DNA of 64,000 bases from an uncultured Actinomycetes bacterium (lineage in GTDB: Bacteria; Actinomycetota; UBA4738; HRBIN12). A program made the position numbers and the translations under genes. The notes below the pieces were generated by a model. The model made no database searches. It was not told the origin of the DNA and saw only the letters and a program-made list of their open reading frames with translations. Every line of letters begins with the position of its first letter. Position 1 is the first letter of the stretch. The stretch spans positions 576,581 to 640,580 of the forward strand of contig CAVSFP010000023.1 in assembly GCA_963727185.1 (NCBI GenBank), in the 5' to 3' direction. Of the stretch, positions 20,989 to 29,570 are shown piece after piece.

Positions 20989-21360
20989 AACGGCTTCCTG
21001 CTGGAGAAGCCGGCGTGATGCTCGTGGTACCACGCGACCTCGTCCTCACCCAGTCGCCAGCACAAGAAGACCGGGCGACCGTCGATCTCGCCCGGGAAGT
21101 CCACCAATCCCGTCTCCGGGTCGCGGAGCAGGATCCCTCGCTCCGAGAGGTAGATCACCTCGGCTTTCACGGTCCCCTGCGCCTCGAACCAGTCGCTCCC
21201 CGCCACACCTCCTCCGTCCGCGGCCACGGCCGCGGTCGATCCGCTCGCTCGATCGGATCAACGCCCGGCGGGCATCCCGCAGCCGCGGCAACCGCTCGCG
21301 CAGTGCGACCAGCTCCGCGTTCGCCTCCGCGGGCGTGAACCGGCGCTCGGCCTCACCCAT
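20985..21360 (-). pseudogene. DUF2203 family protein, one frame break (~21228-21245) as sequenced
   Basis: The N-terminus [41 protein letters not shown] is in track ORF 21046..21360. The C-terminus ...[71 protein letters not shown] is in ORF 20985..21227. Confidence 0.75.
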
Positions 21361-22051
21361 CGAGAACCCCGGGCAGATCCGCCAGGTCCGTGATGCGGGC
21401 GCCGACGTGATCCGCGTGCCGCTGCCTCCGGTCGATCAGGACCGGGAACATGCCCAGTGCCGCGGGAGGATCCACGTCGAACTCGGGGATGTCGCCGACG
21501 TATACGACCTCCTTGGCCTCGACCGACGCTCGGGAGAGCGCGAGCTCGTAGATCCGCGGATCTGGCTTCTCGATGCCCTCGATCCCCGATATCACCCGTA
21601 CGTCGAACAGGTCACGGACGTCGAGGTCGACGAGGAGGTCATCGAGCCAGGCCTCGAAGTTCGACACGATCCCCAAGAGGTACCCGTCTGCGGCGAGTCG
21701 CGAGAGGACGGGAGCCACATCGCCGTAGAGCGCGTAGTTGGAGCGGTTGGTGAACGTTCGATACAGAGTCTCGCGCAAGCCATCTTCAGTGGGCAGGTCG
21801 AGCGCGCCCAACATCAGGTCGTAGACCGATACCCAGAAGGCGCGCGATCGCTCGGGGCTGGTGGTCCAGAGCTTGTTCTCGCTCGCCGCGCGAGAGAACC
21901 CATCGGTCACGGCCACGGATGCGTCACGGACCGCGGAGGCCGTCACCGGATGACCGGCGTTCGTCACAACATCGGCGAACAGCTCCGGGAACGACGGCGC
22001 GGTGTCGACGAGCGTCCCGCCGACATCGAAGAAGACCGCTCGATATCTCAC
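21353..22051 (-). CDS. HAD-superfamily hydrolase
   Basis: MRYRAVFFDVGGTLVD (DxDxT-type motif I)...GIVSNFE...YVGDIPEFD. Confidence 0.85.
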   Translation of the reverse strand: MRYRAVFFDVGGTLVDTAPSFPELFADVVTNAGHPVTASAVRDASVAVTDGFSRAASENKLWTTSPERSRAFWVSVYDLMLGALDLPTEDGLRETLYRTFTNRSNYALYGDVAPVLSRLAADGYLLGIVSNFEAWLDDLLVDLDVRDLFDVRVISGIEGIEKPDPRIYELALSRASVEAKEVVYVGDIPEFDVDPPAALGMFPVLIDRRQRHADHVGARITDLADLPGVLDG

Positions 22052-22088
22052 CGGGCGGATGATACCGAGGCGTCGACGGCCGACCGCT

Positions 22089-22697
22089 TCATCGAGCTAC
22101 CGCTGCACGCTTGGCGAGGTCGGTCCACAAGCGATCCACCTGAGGGATCAGTCGCTCGGGCTCGCCGTCGTTGTCGAGCAGCACGTCGGCCACGCGTGCG
22201 CGCTCCTCGTCCGTGATCTGTGCGGCGACACGGGCTCGAACCTCCTCGGCCGTCATCCCGCGGTCCCGCATCAGGCGTTCGATGCGCCTGTCCACGTCGG
22301 CGACGACCACGACGACGACGTCGAATCCTTCGGCCATGCCGCGTTCAGCCAGCAGCGGAACCGCGTACACGATCACGTCGTCGGTATCGCGGTACGGCTC
22401 GACCGACTCGACGAGCAGCCGCGCGACTTCCGGATGGACGATCGATTCGAGCTCACGCAGACGTGACGGATCCGCGAACACGACGTTTCCCAGCGTCGCG
22501 CGATCGATGCCGCCGTCCGGACCGAGGATGTCGCGACCGAACGTCTCGACGACTCGATCGAACCCGGACGTACCCGGCGCGACGGCGCGCCGGGCAAGGT
22601 CGTCCGCATCGATCACGACCGCCCCCCGCTCGGCCAGGAGTTCGGCGACGGTCGACTTCCCCGAGCCGATCCCCCCAGTCAGACCGACCAGCAGCAT
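22089..22697 (-). CDS. coaE: dephospho-CoA kinase
   Basis: MLLVGLTGGIGSGKSTVAELLAERGAVVIDADDLARRAV. Conserved position next to rpsA. Confidence 0.92.
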   Translation of the reverse strand: MLLVGLTGGIGSGKSTVAELLAERGAVVIDADDLARRAVAPGTSGFDRVVETFGRDILGPDGGIDRATLGNVVFADPSRLRELESIVHPEVARLLVESVEPYRDTDDVIVYAVPLLAERGMAEGFDVVVVVVADVDRRIERLMRDRGMTAEEVRARVAAQITDEERARVADVLLDNDGEPERLIPQVDRLWTDLAKRAAVAR

Positions 22698-22731
22698 GTC
22701 GCGGGCCCCGGCTCCTTCGGAGCCGGTTTCC

Positions 22732-24336
22732 CTACTCGGCGCGACCCTCGCGTCGCTTCAGGTCCTCGAGGATCGCTTCGAGCGACACCTCGTCGGGAGT
22801 CTCGGGTTCGGGCTCGGCTGCGGCCTCCGGCTCAGGCTCGGCTGCGGCCTCCGGCGCCGGTTCCGGTTCGGCGACCGCTTCCTCGATCGCAGCGGGCGCT
22901 TCTTCGACCGGGACTTCGACCGGGACTTCGACCGGGACTTCGACCGGGACTTCGACCGCCGCCGCGGGTGCTGCCAGCTCGGACGTGTCGGCCGATGCCG
23001 ACACCTCGGCCAGCGCATCCATCGCCGCCTCGGTCGCGGACTCGGCGTCGGTCTGCGCCTCCGCGGTCGCCTCCGCCTCGGCCACCGCATCCAAGATCGC
23101 TTGCGGGACTTCGAGCTTCGCCGGAGCCATCTCGGGCTCTCCGGCAGGCGCCGCGGGTGCCGCTTCCTTCTCCACCTCGATCTCGGTGCCACGCGGCTTC
23201 TCCGTCACCTGCCGCATCGACAGGCTGACGCGACGGCGCGGGACGTCGACGTCGATCACCTTCGCGCGGACCTCATCGCCCACGGACAGCACGGACTCGG
23301 GAGTGTCGACGTGCTCGTGGCTGAGCTCGGAGATGTGCACCAAGCCTTCGATCCCCGGAGCCACGCGGACGAACGCGCCGAACGGCACGAGCTTCGTGAC
23401 CTGACCCTCGATGATCTCGCCGGCCTGGTACCGCCGCTCGAACTCCTTCCAGGGGTCCTCTTGGGTGGCCTTGAGCGAGAGCGAGACGCGCTCGCGCTCG
23501 AGGTCCACGTCGAGGACTTCGACCTCGACCTCCTGGCCGACCGTGACGACCTCGCCCGGATGATCGACGTGCTTCCAGGACAGCTCGGAGACGTGCACCA
23601 AGCCATCGACGCCGCCCAGGTCGACGAACGCGCCGAAGTTCACGATGGAGCTGACGGTGCCCTTGCGACGCTCGCCCTTGGTGAGTCCCTCGAGGAACTT
23701 CTTGCGACCCTCGGACTGCGACTCCTCCAGGAACGCGCGACGAGAGAGCACGACGTTGTTGCGGTTGCGGTCGAGCTCGATGATCTTCGCCTCGAGGTCC
23801 TGACCGACGAACGGATGCAGATCGCGCACGCGACGCAGGTCGACGAGCGACGCCGGCAGGAATCCACGCAAACCGATGTCGAGGATCAGGCCACCCTTGA
23901 CGACCTCGATGACGGGACCGGTGATGGTCTCGCCGGACCGCATGACCTCCTCGATGCGGCCCCACGCGCGCTCGTACTGCGCGCGCTTCTTGGACAGGAT
24001 CAGGCGGCCTTCCTTGTCTTCCTTCTGCAGGACCAACGCTTCGATCTTGTCGCCGACCTTCACGACCTCGTTCGGATCGACGTCGTGGCGGATCGAGAGC
24101 TCCTTGCTCGGGATCACGCCCTCCGACTTGTAGCCGATGTCCAGCAGGACCTCGTCCCGATCGATCTTGACGACCGTGCCCTCCACGATGTCTCCATCGT
24201 TGAAGTCACGGAGCGACTCCTCCATGGCGACGATGAGCTCTTCCGGCGTCAGGTCGCGCTCAGGCGCCGCAGCCGTTTCGGTGGTGTCTATGGGAACCAA
24301 CCCCTTCCGCGCACGGGGCGCGCACCGAACCGGCAT
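22732..24336 (-). CDS. rpsA: 30S ribosomal protein S1 with a long acidic Ala/Glu/Pro/Val-rich C-terminal tail
   Basis: ...FNDGDIVEGTVVKIDRDEVLLDIGYKSEGVIPSKELS..., four S1 repeats. The start codon is uncertain (ATG 24336 or a few codons downstream). Confidence 0.93.
   Translation of the reverse strand: MPVRCAPRARKGLVPIDTTETAAAPERDLTPEELIVAMEESLRDFNDGDIVEGTVVKIDRDEVLLDIGYKSEGVIPSKELSIRHDVDPNEVVKVGDKIEALVLQKEDKEGRLILSKKRAQYERAWGRIEEVMRSGETITGPVIEVVKGGLILDIGLRGFLPASLVDLRRVRDLHPFVGQDLEAKIIELDRNRNNVVLSRRAFLEESQSEGRKKFLEGLTKGERRKGTVSSIVNFGAFVDLGGVDGLVHVSELSWKHVDHPGEVVTVGQEVEVEVLDVDLERERVSLSLKATQEDPWKEFERRYQAGEIIEGQVTKLVPFGAFVRVAPGIEGLVHISELSHEHVDTPESVLSVGDEVRAKVIDVDVPRRRVSLSMRQVTEKPRGTEIEVEKEAAPAAPAGEPEMAPAKLEVPQAILDAVAEAEATAEAQTDAESATEAAMDALAEVSASADTSELAAPAAAVEVPVEVPVEVPVEVPVEEAPAAIEEAVAEPEPAPEAAAEPEPEAAAEPEPETPDEVSLEAILEDLKRREGRAE
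22811..22854. repeat. 24-nt-period tandem duplication inside the rpsA tail
   Basis: ggctcggctgcggcctccgg occurs at 22811-22830 and 22835-22854 and encodes the repeated AAAEPEPE. Confidence 0.85.
22902..22958. repeat. 12-nt tandem repeat, 4.7 copies, inside the rpsA tail
   Basis: cttcgaccggga repeated head to tail. It encodes VEVPVEVPVEVPVEVPVE. Confidence 0.9.
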
Positions 24337-24377
24337 GTGAGATTTACCGTGGTGCTGCTGCGCCTCGCGGCTCAGGG

Positions 24378-24407
24378 ATGGTAGTGGCGCGCCGGAGCCC
24401 CCGTCAA
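24378..24407 (-). promoter_or_regulatory. candidate rpsA promoter TTGACG-N18-TACCAT
   Basis: Minus-strand read between the polA stop and rpsA: TTGACG GGGGCTCCGGCGCGCCAC TACCAT. Confidence 0.45.
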
Positions 24408-24432
24408 CGACGGGCCCGGCGAAACGCGCAGG

Positions 24433-27081
24433 TCAGTGGCCTTCGGGGGCCGCCTCGGCCCAGTTCGCGCCCCAGCCGATGTCGGCGCGGAGGGCGACGT
24501 CAAGCTCGACCGCGCTCTCCATCCGCTCCTTGACGAGCGCCGCCGCCTCTTCCACGTGGGCCCCGGCGACCTCAAAGACCAGCTCGTCGTGCACCGTGAG
24601 GAGCATGTGCAGGTCGAGCTCCGGACGCTCGAGGACCCCGCGCTCCACGTTGATCATCGCGACCTTGAACACGTCGCTGGCGCTTCCCTGGATCGGCGCG
24701 TTGAGCGCCTGGCGCCGTCCCAGGTCGCGCACGCGCGGGTTCGCCGCCTGGAGCTCGGGGATGTAGCGACGACGGCCCAGCAACGTCTCGGTGTAGCCGT
24801 CGACCGTCGCGTGATCCACCTGCCGGTCGAGGTATTCGCGGATCTTCGGGAAGCTCGCGAAGTACGCGTCCATGATCTCCTGCGCCTCGTCCGGCGCGAT
24901 GTCTAGACGCGACGCGAGGCCCCACGCGTTCATGCCGTACGCGAGACCGTAGTTCACCATCTTCGCCCGCGACCGCAGCGCCGGATCGACCTGGTCCTGC
25001 GGCAGGCTGAAGACGCGCGCTGCCGTCGCGGTGTGGATGTCGTGTCCGGTCGCGAACGCCTCGCGCAGCCCTTCATCTCCGGAGAGATGCGCGAGGATCC
25101 GGAGCTCGATCTGCGAATAGTCCGCGGCGAGCAACACCTGGCCCTCGCCGCCCGGGACGAACGCCCGGCGGATCTGCCTGCCGAGCTCCGTGCGGACCGG
25201 GATGTTCTGCAGGTTCGGGTTCGAGGACGACAGCCGTCCGGTCGCCGCCACCGCCTGGTTGAACGACGTGTGGATGCGGCCGTCGCGCGTATCCACCAGC
25301 CGCGGCAACGCCTCGAGGTAGGTGGAGTTCAGCTTGTCCAGCTCACGCCAATCGAGCAGCGCGTCCACGACGGGATGATCGCGCAGCTTCTCGAGCACGC
25401 TCGCATCCGTGGACAGCTGACCCTTCGGCGTGCGCTTGCCGGGCGAGAGCCCCAGCTTCTCGTACAGGATCACGCGGAGCTGCGGCGGCGAGTTCAGGTT
25501 GAACTCCTCACCCACCTCCCGGTAGATCTCAGCCTGCAGCTCCGCCATGCGGCCGCGCACGTCGGCGCCCATCCCCTCGAGGTAGTCGACGTCGAGCGCC
25601 ACACCCCGTTGCTCCATCCGGCCGAGGACGGAGGCGAGCGGCATCTCGACCGTCTCGAGCAGGTCGCGAAGGCCCTGCTTGTCGATCTGCTCCTCCATCA
25701 CCGGCGCGAGCAATGCGATCGCGGCCGCCTCGGCGGCGACCGTGCGCCATCCGGCGTCGCTGAACAGCTGACCTTCCTCTTGCTCCTCGACCTGACCGAG
25801 GACATCGGCTCCCAGGTACTTCTCGCTCAACGAGCGCAACGGATACTCGGCGGCGGCGGGATCGAGCAGGTAGCCGGCGAGGAACGTGTCGAACACCACC
25901 CCTGCGACCTCGATGCCCGAAGCGAACGCGCTCCGTTCCAGCTCCTTCGCGTCGTGGGTCCACTTCGGCGCATCTGGCGATGCCAGCGCGTCTGCCACCG
26001 GCCCCAGCGCGGCCAACGGAGCGAACGCGGCTTGCGCTCCGCCGGGCGATGCAGCGGCACCGCGCACCTCGCGCAGGTCGGCGTCGAGCCTGATCCCCTT
26101 CGGTGCGTCCGACGCGATCATCGCCGCGAGCTCATCGGCCGAGACTTCGCGGAGATCCAGCTCCGTGACCTCGACCTTGGGCTTCATGACGCCGACCTCG
26201 TTCAACCGGTCGAGCAGGGAACGGAACTCCAGGGACGTGAACAGCCGGCGCACCTCCGCGGGATCCCACTCCCCCATGACACAGTCCTGGGGACCGATGT
26301 CGAGCGGCAGGTCGGTGACGATCCGCGCCAGCTCCTTGTTCAGGGTCAGTTGCGCCGCCGACGCCAGCACGTTGTCCTTCAGCTTCCCGCGGAGCTCGTC
26401 CGCGTGCTCGAGCAGCGCCTCGACCGAGCCGTACTCCTGGATCAGCTTCGTGGCGGTCTTCTCCCCCACCCCGGGAACACCGGGGATGTTGTCCGACGGG
26501 TCGCCCTTCAACGCGACGTACTCCAGGTACTTCGAGGGCGGCACGCCGAAGCGTTCCTCCACGCCGGCCTCGTCGTATAGGACGATGTCGGAGATCCCGC
26601 GGCGGTTGAACATCACCTGGATCCCCGGGCGCACGAGCTGGAAGAAGTCGCGATCCGCCGTCACGATCACCGCATCCATGCCCTGCTCGGCGGCACGCAC
26701 GGCGAGGGTGCCGATGGCGTCGTCGGCCTCGTGGTCGACGACCCGAACCATGGGAACGTGAAGCGTGTCGAGCACCTCGTCGATCAACCCGAGCTGCGAC
26801 GTGAAGTCTGTGGGGGTCTCGGCTCGACCCGCCTTGTAGTCCGCGTACTTCTCCAGCCGGACGGTCGGCCTGCCCAGGTCGAACGCCACCGCGAGGAAGT
26901 CGGGCCGTTCGTCGCCGAGCAGCTTGATCAACATCGACGTGAACCCGTAGACCGCGTTCGTGACCTGTCCGGTGCTGGTGGCAAGCGTCGCGGGAAGCGC
27001 GAAGTACGCGCGGTACGCGAGCGAGTGCCCGTCCAGCAGGAAGATCCGTTCGCGGCCGTCGCGCGGGGGGGTGGACGTCAC
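24433..27081 (-). CDS. polA: DNA polymerase I
   Basis: ...RIFLLDGHSLAYRAYFAL (5'-3' exonuclease)...ADYSQIELRILAHLSGD...QVHDELVFE-type motifs. GTG 27081 lies 7 nt after TAGAAT. The longest ORF start is GTG 27114. Confidence 0.95.
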   Translation of the reverse strand: MTSTPPRDGRERIFLLDGHSLAYRAYFALPATLATSTGQVTNAVYGFTSMLIKLLGDERPDFLAVAFDLGRPTVRLEKYADYKAGRAETPTDFTSQLGLIDEVLDTLHVPMVRVVDHEADDAIGTLAVRAAEQGMDAVIVTADRDFFQLVRPGIQVMFNRRGISDIVLYDEAGVEERFGVPPSKYLEYVALKGDPSDNIPGVPGVGEKTATKLIQEYGSVEALLEHADELRGKLKDNVLASAAQLTLNKELARIVTDLPLDIGPQDCVMGEWDPAEVRRLFTSLEFRSLLDRLNEVGVMKPKVEVTELDLREVSADELAAMIASDAPKGIRLDADLREVRGAAASPGGAQAAFAPLAALGPVADALASPDAPKWTHDAKELERSAFASGIEVAGVVFDTFLAGYLLDPAAAEYPLRSLSEKYLGADVLGQVEEQEEGQLFSDAGWRTVAAEAAAIALLAPVMEEQIDKQGLRDLLETVEMPLASVLGRMEQRGVALDVDYLEGMGADVRGRMAELQAEIYREVGEEFNLNSPPQLRVILYEKLGLSPGKRTPKGQLSTDASVLEKLRDHPVVDALLDWRELDKLNSTYLEALPRLVDTRDGRIHTSFNQAVAATGRLSSSNPNLQNIPVRTELGRQIRRAFVPGGEGQVLLAADYSQIELRILAHLSGDEGLREAFATGHDIHTATAARVFSLPQDQVDPALRSRAKMVNYGLAYGMNAWGLASRLDIAPDEAQEIMDAYFASFPKIREYLDRQVDHATVDGYTETLLGRRRYIPELQAANPRVRDLGRRQALNAPIQGSASDVFKVAMINVERGVLERPELDLHMLLTVHDELVFEVAGAHVEEAAALVKERMESAVELDVALRADIGWGANWAEAAPEGH

Positions 27082-27088
27082 GCGGCGG

Positions 27089-27110
27089 ATTCTAGTCGTC
27101 GCCGACGACG
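27089..27110 (-). promoter_or_regulatory. candidate polA promoter CGTCGTCG-N8-TAGAAT, 7 nt upstream of GTG 27081
   Basis: Minus-strand read: CGTCGTCG GCGACGAC TAGAAT CCGCCGC GTG. Confidence 0.4.
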
Positions 27111-27162
27111 CCACCGTCCGGGCCGGATCCGCGCGGAGCCGATGATTCGGTACCGAACGAGG

Positions 27163-27192
27163 TTGACCCGAATCCGATCTATTAGATAGGGT
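27163..27192 (+). promoter_or_regulatory. candidate FTR1-operon promoter TTGACC-N18-TAGGGT with embedded palindrome ATCTAtTAGAT (27177-27187)
   Basis: AT-richer island in the polA/FTR1 divergent gap. AAGAGGAA Shine-Dalgarno at 27216-27223. Confidence 0.5.
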
Positions 27193-27233
27193 TCAGCCTA
27201 CGGTTAGGTCGAACGAAGAGGAATGGATCGCGC

Positions 27234-28082
27234 GTGCTGCCCACGTTCATCATCGGACTCCGAGAGGGCATCGAGGCCTCGCTCATCATCGGGATCATCG
27301 CCGCGTTCCTGATCCAGCGAGGTGACCGGAAGTCCCTGCGACCGATGTGGTACGGGGTCGCCCTCGCGGTGGCGCTGTGCCTGGCGGTGGCGGCGATCTT
27401 GGAGGCCGTCGACCGGGCGCTCCCTCACAAGCAACAGGAGGGGCTCGAAACGGTATTGGCCCTGGTCGCAGTCGTCGGCGTCACCTACATGGTCGTGTGG
27501 ATGAAGCGTCACTCTCGGGAGCTGAAGGGATCGCTGGAGCGGAGCGCCGAATCTGCCCTCGTGCTCGGATCGGCATGGGCGCTTATCGGCATGGCCTTCT
27601 TCGCGGTCCTGCGGGAAGGGCTCGAGACCGCGGTCTTCCTCCTCGCCGTGTTCGGCAACTCCACCAACCCCGCCGCCACGGGAACAGGAGCGGCCCTGGG
27701 TATCGCCGTCGCCGTCGGCCTGGGGTTCGCCATCTACAAGGGCGGAGTGCGGATCAACCTGGCGCGATTCTTCCGGTTCACCGGCTTCGTGTTGGTGCTC
27801 GTCGCCGCCGGGTTATTGGCGACCGCGGTTCACACCGCGCACGAGGCCGGATGGATCGCCGTCCTCCAGGCGCATGCGTTCGACCTTCGCTGGCTGGTCG
27901 CGCCCGGGTCCGTCCGAGCCGCGTTGCTGACCGGCATGCTGGGCCTCCAACCGATCCCCACCGTCGGCGAGACGGTCGTCTGGCTCCTCTACGCGGTCCC
28001 GATGGGGCTGTACGTGCTCTGGCCGGCTCGGCGTCCCGCGGAGACCGAACGCAGCCCCGAACCGATCGGCGCGACGTCGTGA
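27234..28082 (+). CDS. efeU: FTR1/EfeU family high-affinity iron permease
   Basis: MLPTFIIGLREGIEASLIIGI and FFAVLREGLETAVFLLAV, the two REXXE motifs, plus seven hydrophobic segments. Confidence 0.9.
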   Translation: MLPTFIIGLREGIEASLIIGIIAAFLIQRGDRKSLRPMWYGVALAVALCLAVAAILEAVDRALPHKQQEGLETVLALVAVVGVTYMVVWMKRHSRELKGSLERSAESALVLGSAWALIGMAFFAVLREGLETAVFLLAVFGNSTNPAATGTGAALGIAVAVGLGFAIYKGGVRINLARFFRFTGFVLVLVAAGLLATAVHTAHEAGWIAVLQAHAFDLRWLVAPGSVRAALLTGMLGLQPIPTVGETVVWLLYAVPMGLYVLWPARRPAETERSPEPIGATS

Positions 28083-28084
28083 GC

Positions 28085-28501
28085 ATGCGCATGCGGCTCC
28101 TCGCGTTGATCGGGGCACTCGCGCTCGCCGCGACCTCATGTGGCGGTTCAGGGTCGGGAAGCGGGGCGACCGGCGACATCACCGTCACCATGAAGGATTT
28201 CGCGATCGACGCGACACCCGGAACGTTCGACGCCGGCAACGTCTCGTTCGCGATCCACAACGCCGGACCGAGTGCGCATGAGTTCGTGATCATCCGAACC
28301 GACGACGCGCCCGATGCGTTGCCGGTCGAGAACGGCGAGATCCCCGAGGATCAGATCGACCTCGTCGATGAGGCGGAAGACATCGCGCCGGGCACCGACA
28401 CGTCGCTCAGCGTGAGCCTCACCGCAGGCTCATACGTCTTGGTGTGCAACCTTCCCTCGCACTACGCGGCGGGGATGCACGCGGCGTTCACCGTCACGTG
28501 A
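28085..28501 (+). CDS. cupredoxin-like copper-binding lipoprotein (resembles an EfeO N-terminal Cup domain on its own)
   Basis: MRMRLLALIGALALAATSCGG lipobox, ...NAGPSAHEFVII...YVLVCNLPSHYAAGMHAAFTVT (His, Cys-x4-His-x4-Met). GTG 28079 (GTGA overlap) is an alternative start. Confidence 0.8.
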   Translation: MRMRLLALIGALALAATSCGGSGSGSGATGDITVTMKDFAIDATPGTFDAGNVSFAIHNAGPSAHEFVIIRTDDAPDALPVENGEIPEDQIDLVDEAEDIAPGTDTSLSVSLTAGSYVLVCNLPSHYAAGMHAAFTVT

Positions 28502-28589
28502 ACCTGTCACTCTTTCTTGCGACAGCACGCGACAACGCTCACCTGCGGCTCTACCCGAGAATGCTTGCGCGCAAGAGATCCTGGGCGAG

Positions 28590-28618
28590 TTGACAGCCCT
28601 CAACCTCCAGTCTATCTT
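28590..28618 (+). promoter_or_regulatory. orphan consensus-like promoter TTGACA-N17-TATCTT
   Basis: Perfect -35 hexamer and a TAnnnT -10 inside the 300-nt gap 28502-28802. No credible ORF downstream. Confidence 0.4.
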
Positions 28619-28802
28619 TCGCTCCGGTCCCGCGCTGGCCGGGCTCGGTCCGGAAACGGATCGGGGTTAGGTCGCTCGGGACCACTGCGTGACGGGCCGC
28701 GTCGCTCGTGTGGATCACTCGCGTATGGGGAAGGCGCGAGGGGTTCGCCGAGAGGCGCGGCCCGTCTCTCACTCCGGCGCAGCCGCTCTCGAAGGACGTG
28801 CG

Positions 28803-29570
28803 TTACAGCACCGCCTCGAGGAACTTGCGCGTTTCGGGGTTCTGCGTGTGGTTGAAGAGTTGATCCGGCGGACCCTGTTCCAGGATCACACCCTCGTGGA
28901 AGAACATCATCCGGTTGGCGACTTCACGCGCGAATCCCATCTCGTGCGTCACGACCATCATCGTCATGTGGAGGTCGGTAGCGAGCGACTTCATGACCGC
29001 AAGGACCTCGCCGATCAGCTCCGGATCGAGCGCCGACGTCGGTTCGTCGAACAGCATGACCTTCGGCTCCATCGCGAGCGCGCGGGCTATCGCGACCCGC
29101 TGCTGCTGACCGCCCGACAGGCGGATCGGATACTCGTCGGCCTTGTCCCCGAGCCCGACCTTCGCGAGCAGCTCCAAACCGATCGCTCGCGCGTCGTGCT
29201 CGGGTGTGTTCTTGACCGTGATGGGCCCCTCCATCACGTTCTCGATCGTCGTCATGTGCGGGAACAGGTTGAACTGCTGGAACACCATGCCGGCGCGGAT
29301 GCGGAGCTGGCGGATGTGGTCCCGTTGCATCTTGGTCCGGTGCCCTCCCACCAACCGGATGCCGTCGACCTCGATGGTCCCGGACGTCGGATCCTCAAGG
29401 AAGTTGATGCACCGGAGCAACGTGCTCTTGCCGGATCCCGAGCGGCCGAAGATGACCACGACCTCGCCCTTGTGGACCTCCATGTTGATGCCCTTGAGCA
29501 CCTCGAGATGGCCGAAGGATTTGTGCAGGTCGCCCACCCGGACGACGACCTCCCCGTTCTGCCCGATCAC
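28803..29570 (-). CDS. polar amino-acid ABC transporter ATP-binding protein
   Basis: [32 protein letters not shown]...[15 protein letters not shown]...[16 protein letters not shown]. The GTG overlaps the permease stop (GTGA). Confidence 0.92.
   Translation of the reverse strand: MIGQNGEVVVRVGDLHKSFGHLEVLKGINMEVHKGEVVVIFGRSGSGKSTLLRCINFLEDPTSGTIEVDGIRLVGGHRTKMQRDHIRQLRIRAGMVFQQFNLFPHMTTIENVMEGPITVKNTPEHDARAIGLELLAKVGLGDKADEYPIRLSGGQQQRVAIARALAMEPKVMLFDEPTSALDPELIGEVLAVMKSLATDLHMTMMVVTHEMGFAREVANRMMFFHEGVILEQGPPDQLFNHTQNPETRKFLEAVL

Noticed and set aside
22805-22960. Tandem direct repeats as a possible CRISPR-like or minisatellite locus.
   Set aside because: The 12-nt and 24-nt units have no spacers and are in frame within the rpsA tail, so they are coding low-complexity repeats.
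27181-27205. IdeR/DtxR iron box upstream of the FTR1 permease.
   Set aside because: The best hand alignments to TTAGGTTAGGCTAACCTAA give only about 9-11 of 19 matches, which is not convincing.
28640-28670. Possible SRP (4.5S) RNA, suggested by GGUCCGGAA.
   Set aside because: The conserved continuation GGAAGCAGC and the symmetric-loop partner are missing. Only a generic GNRA hairpin is present.
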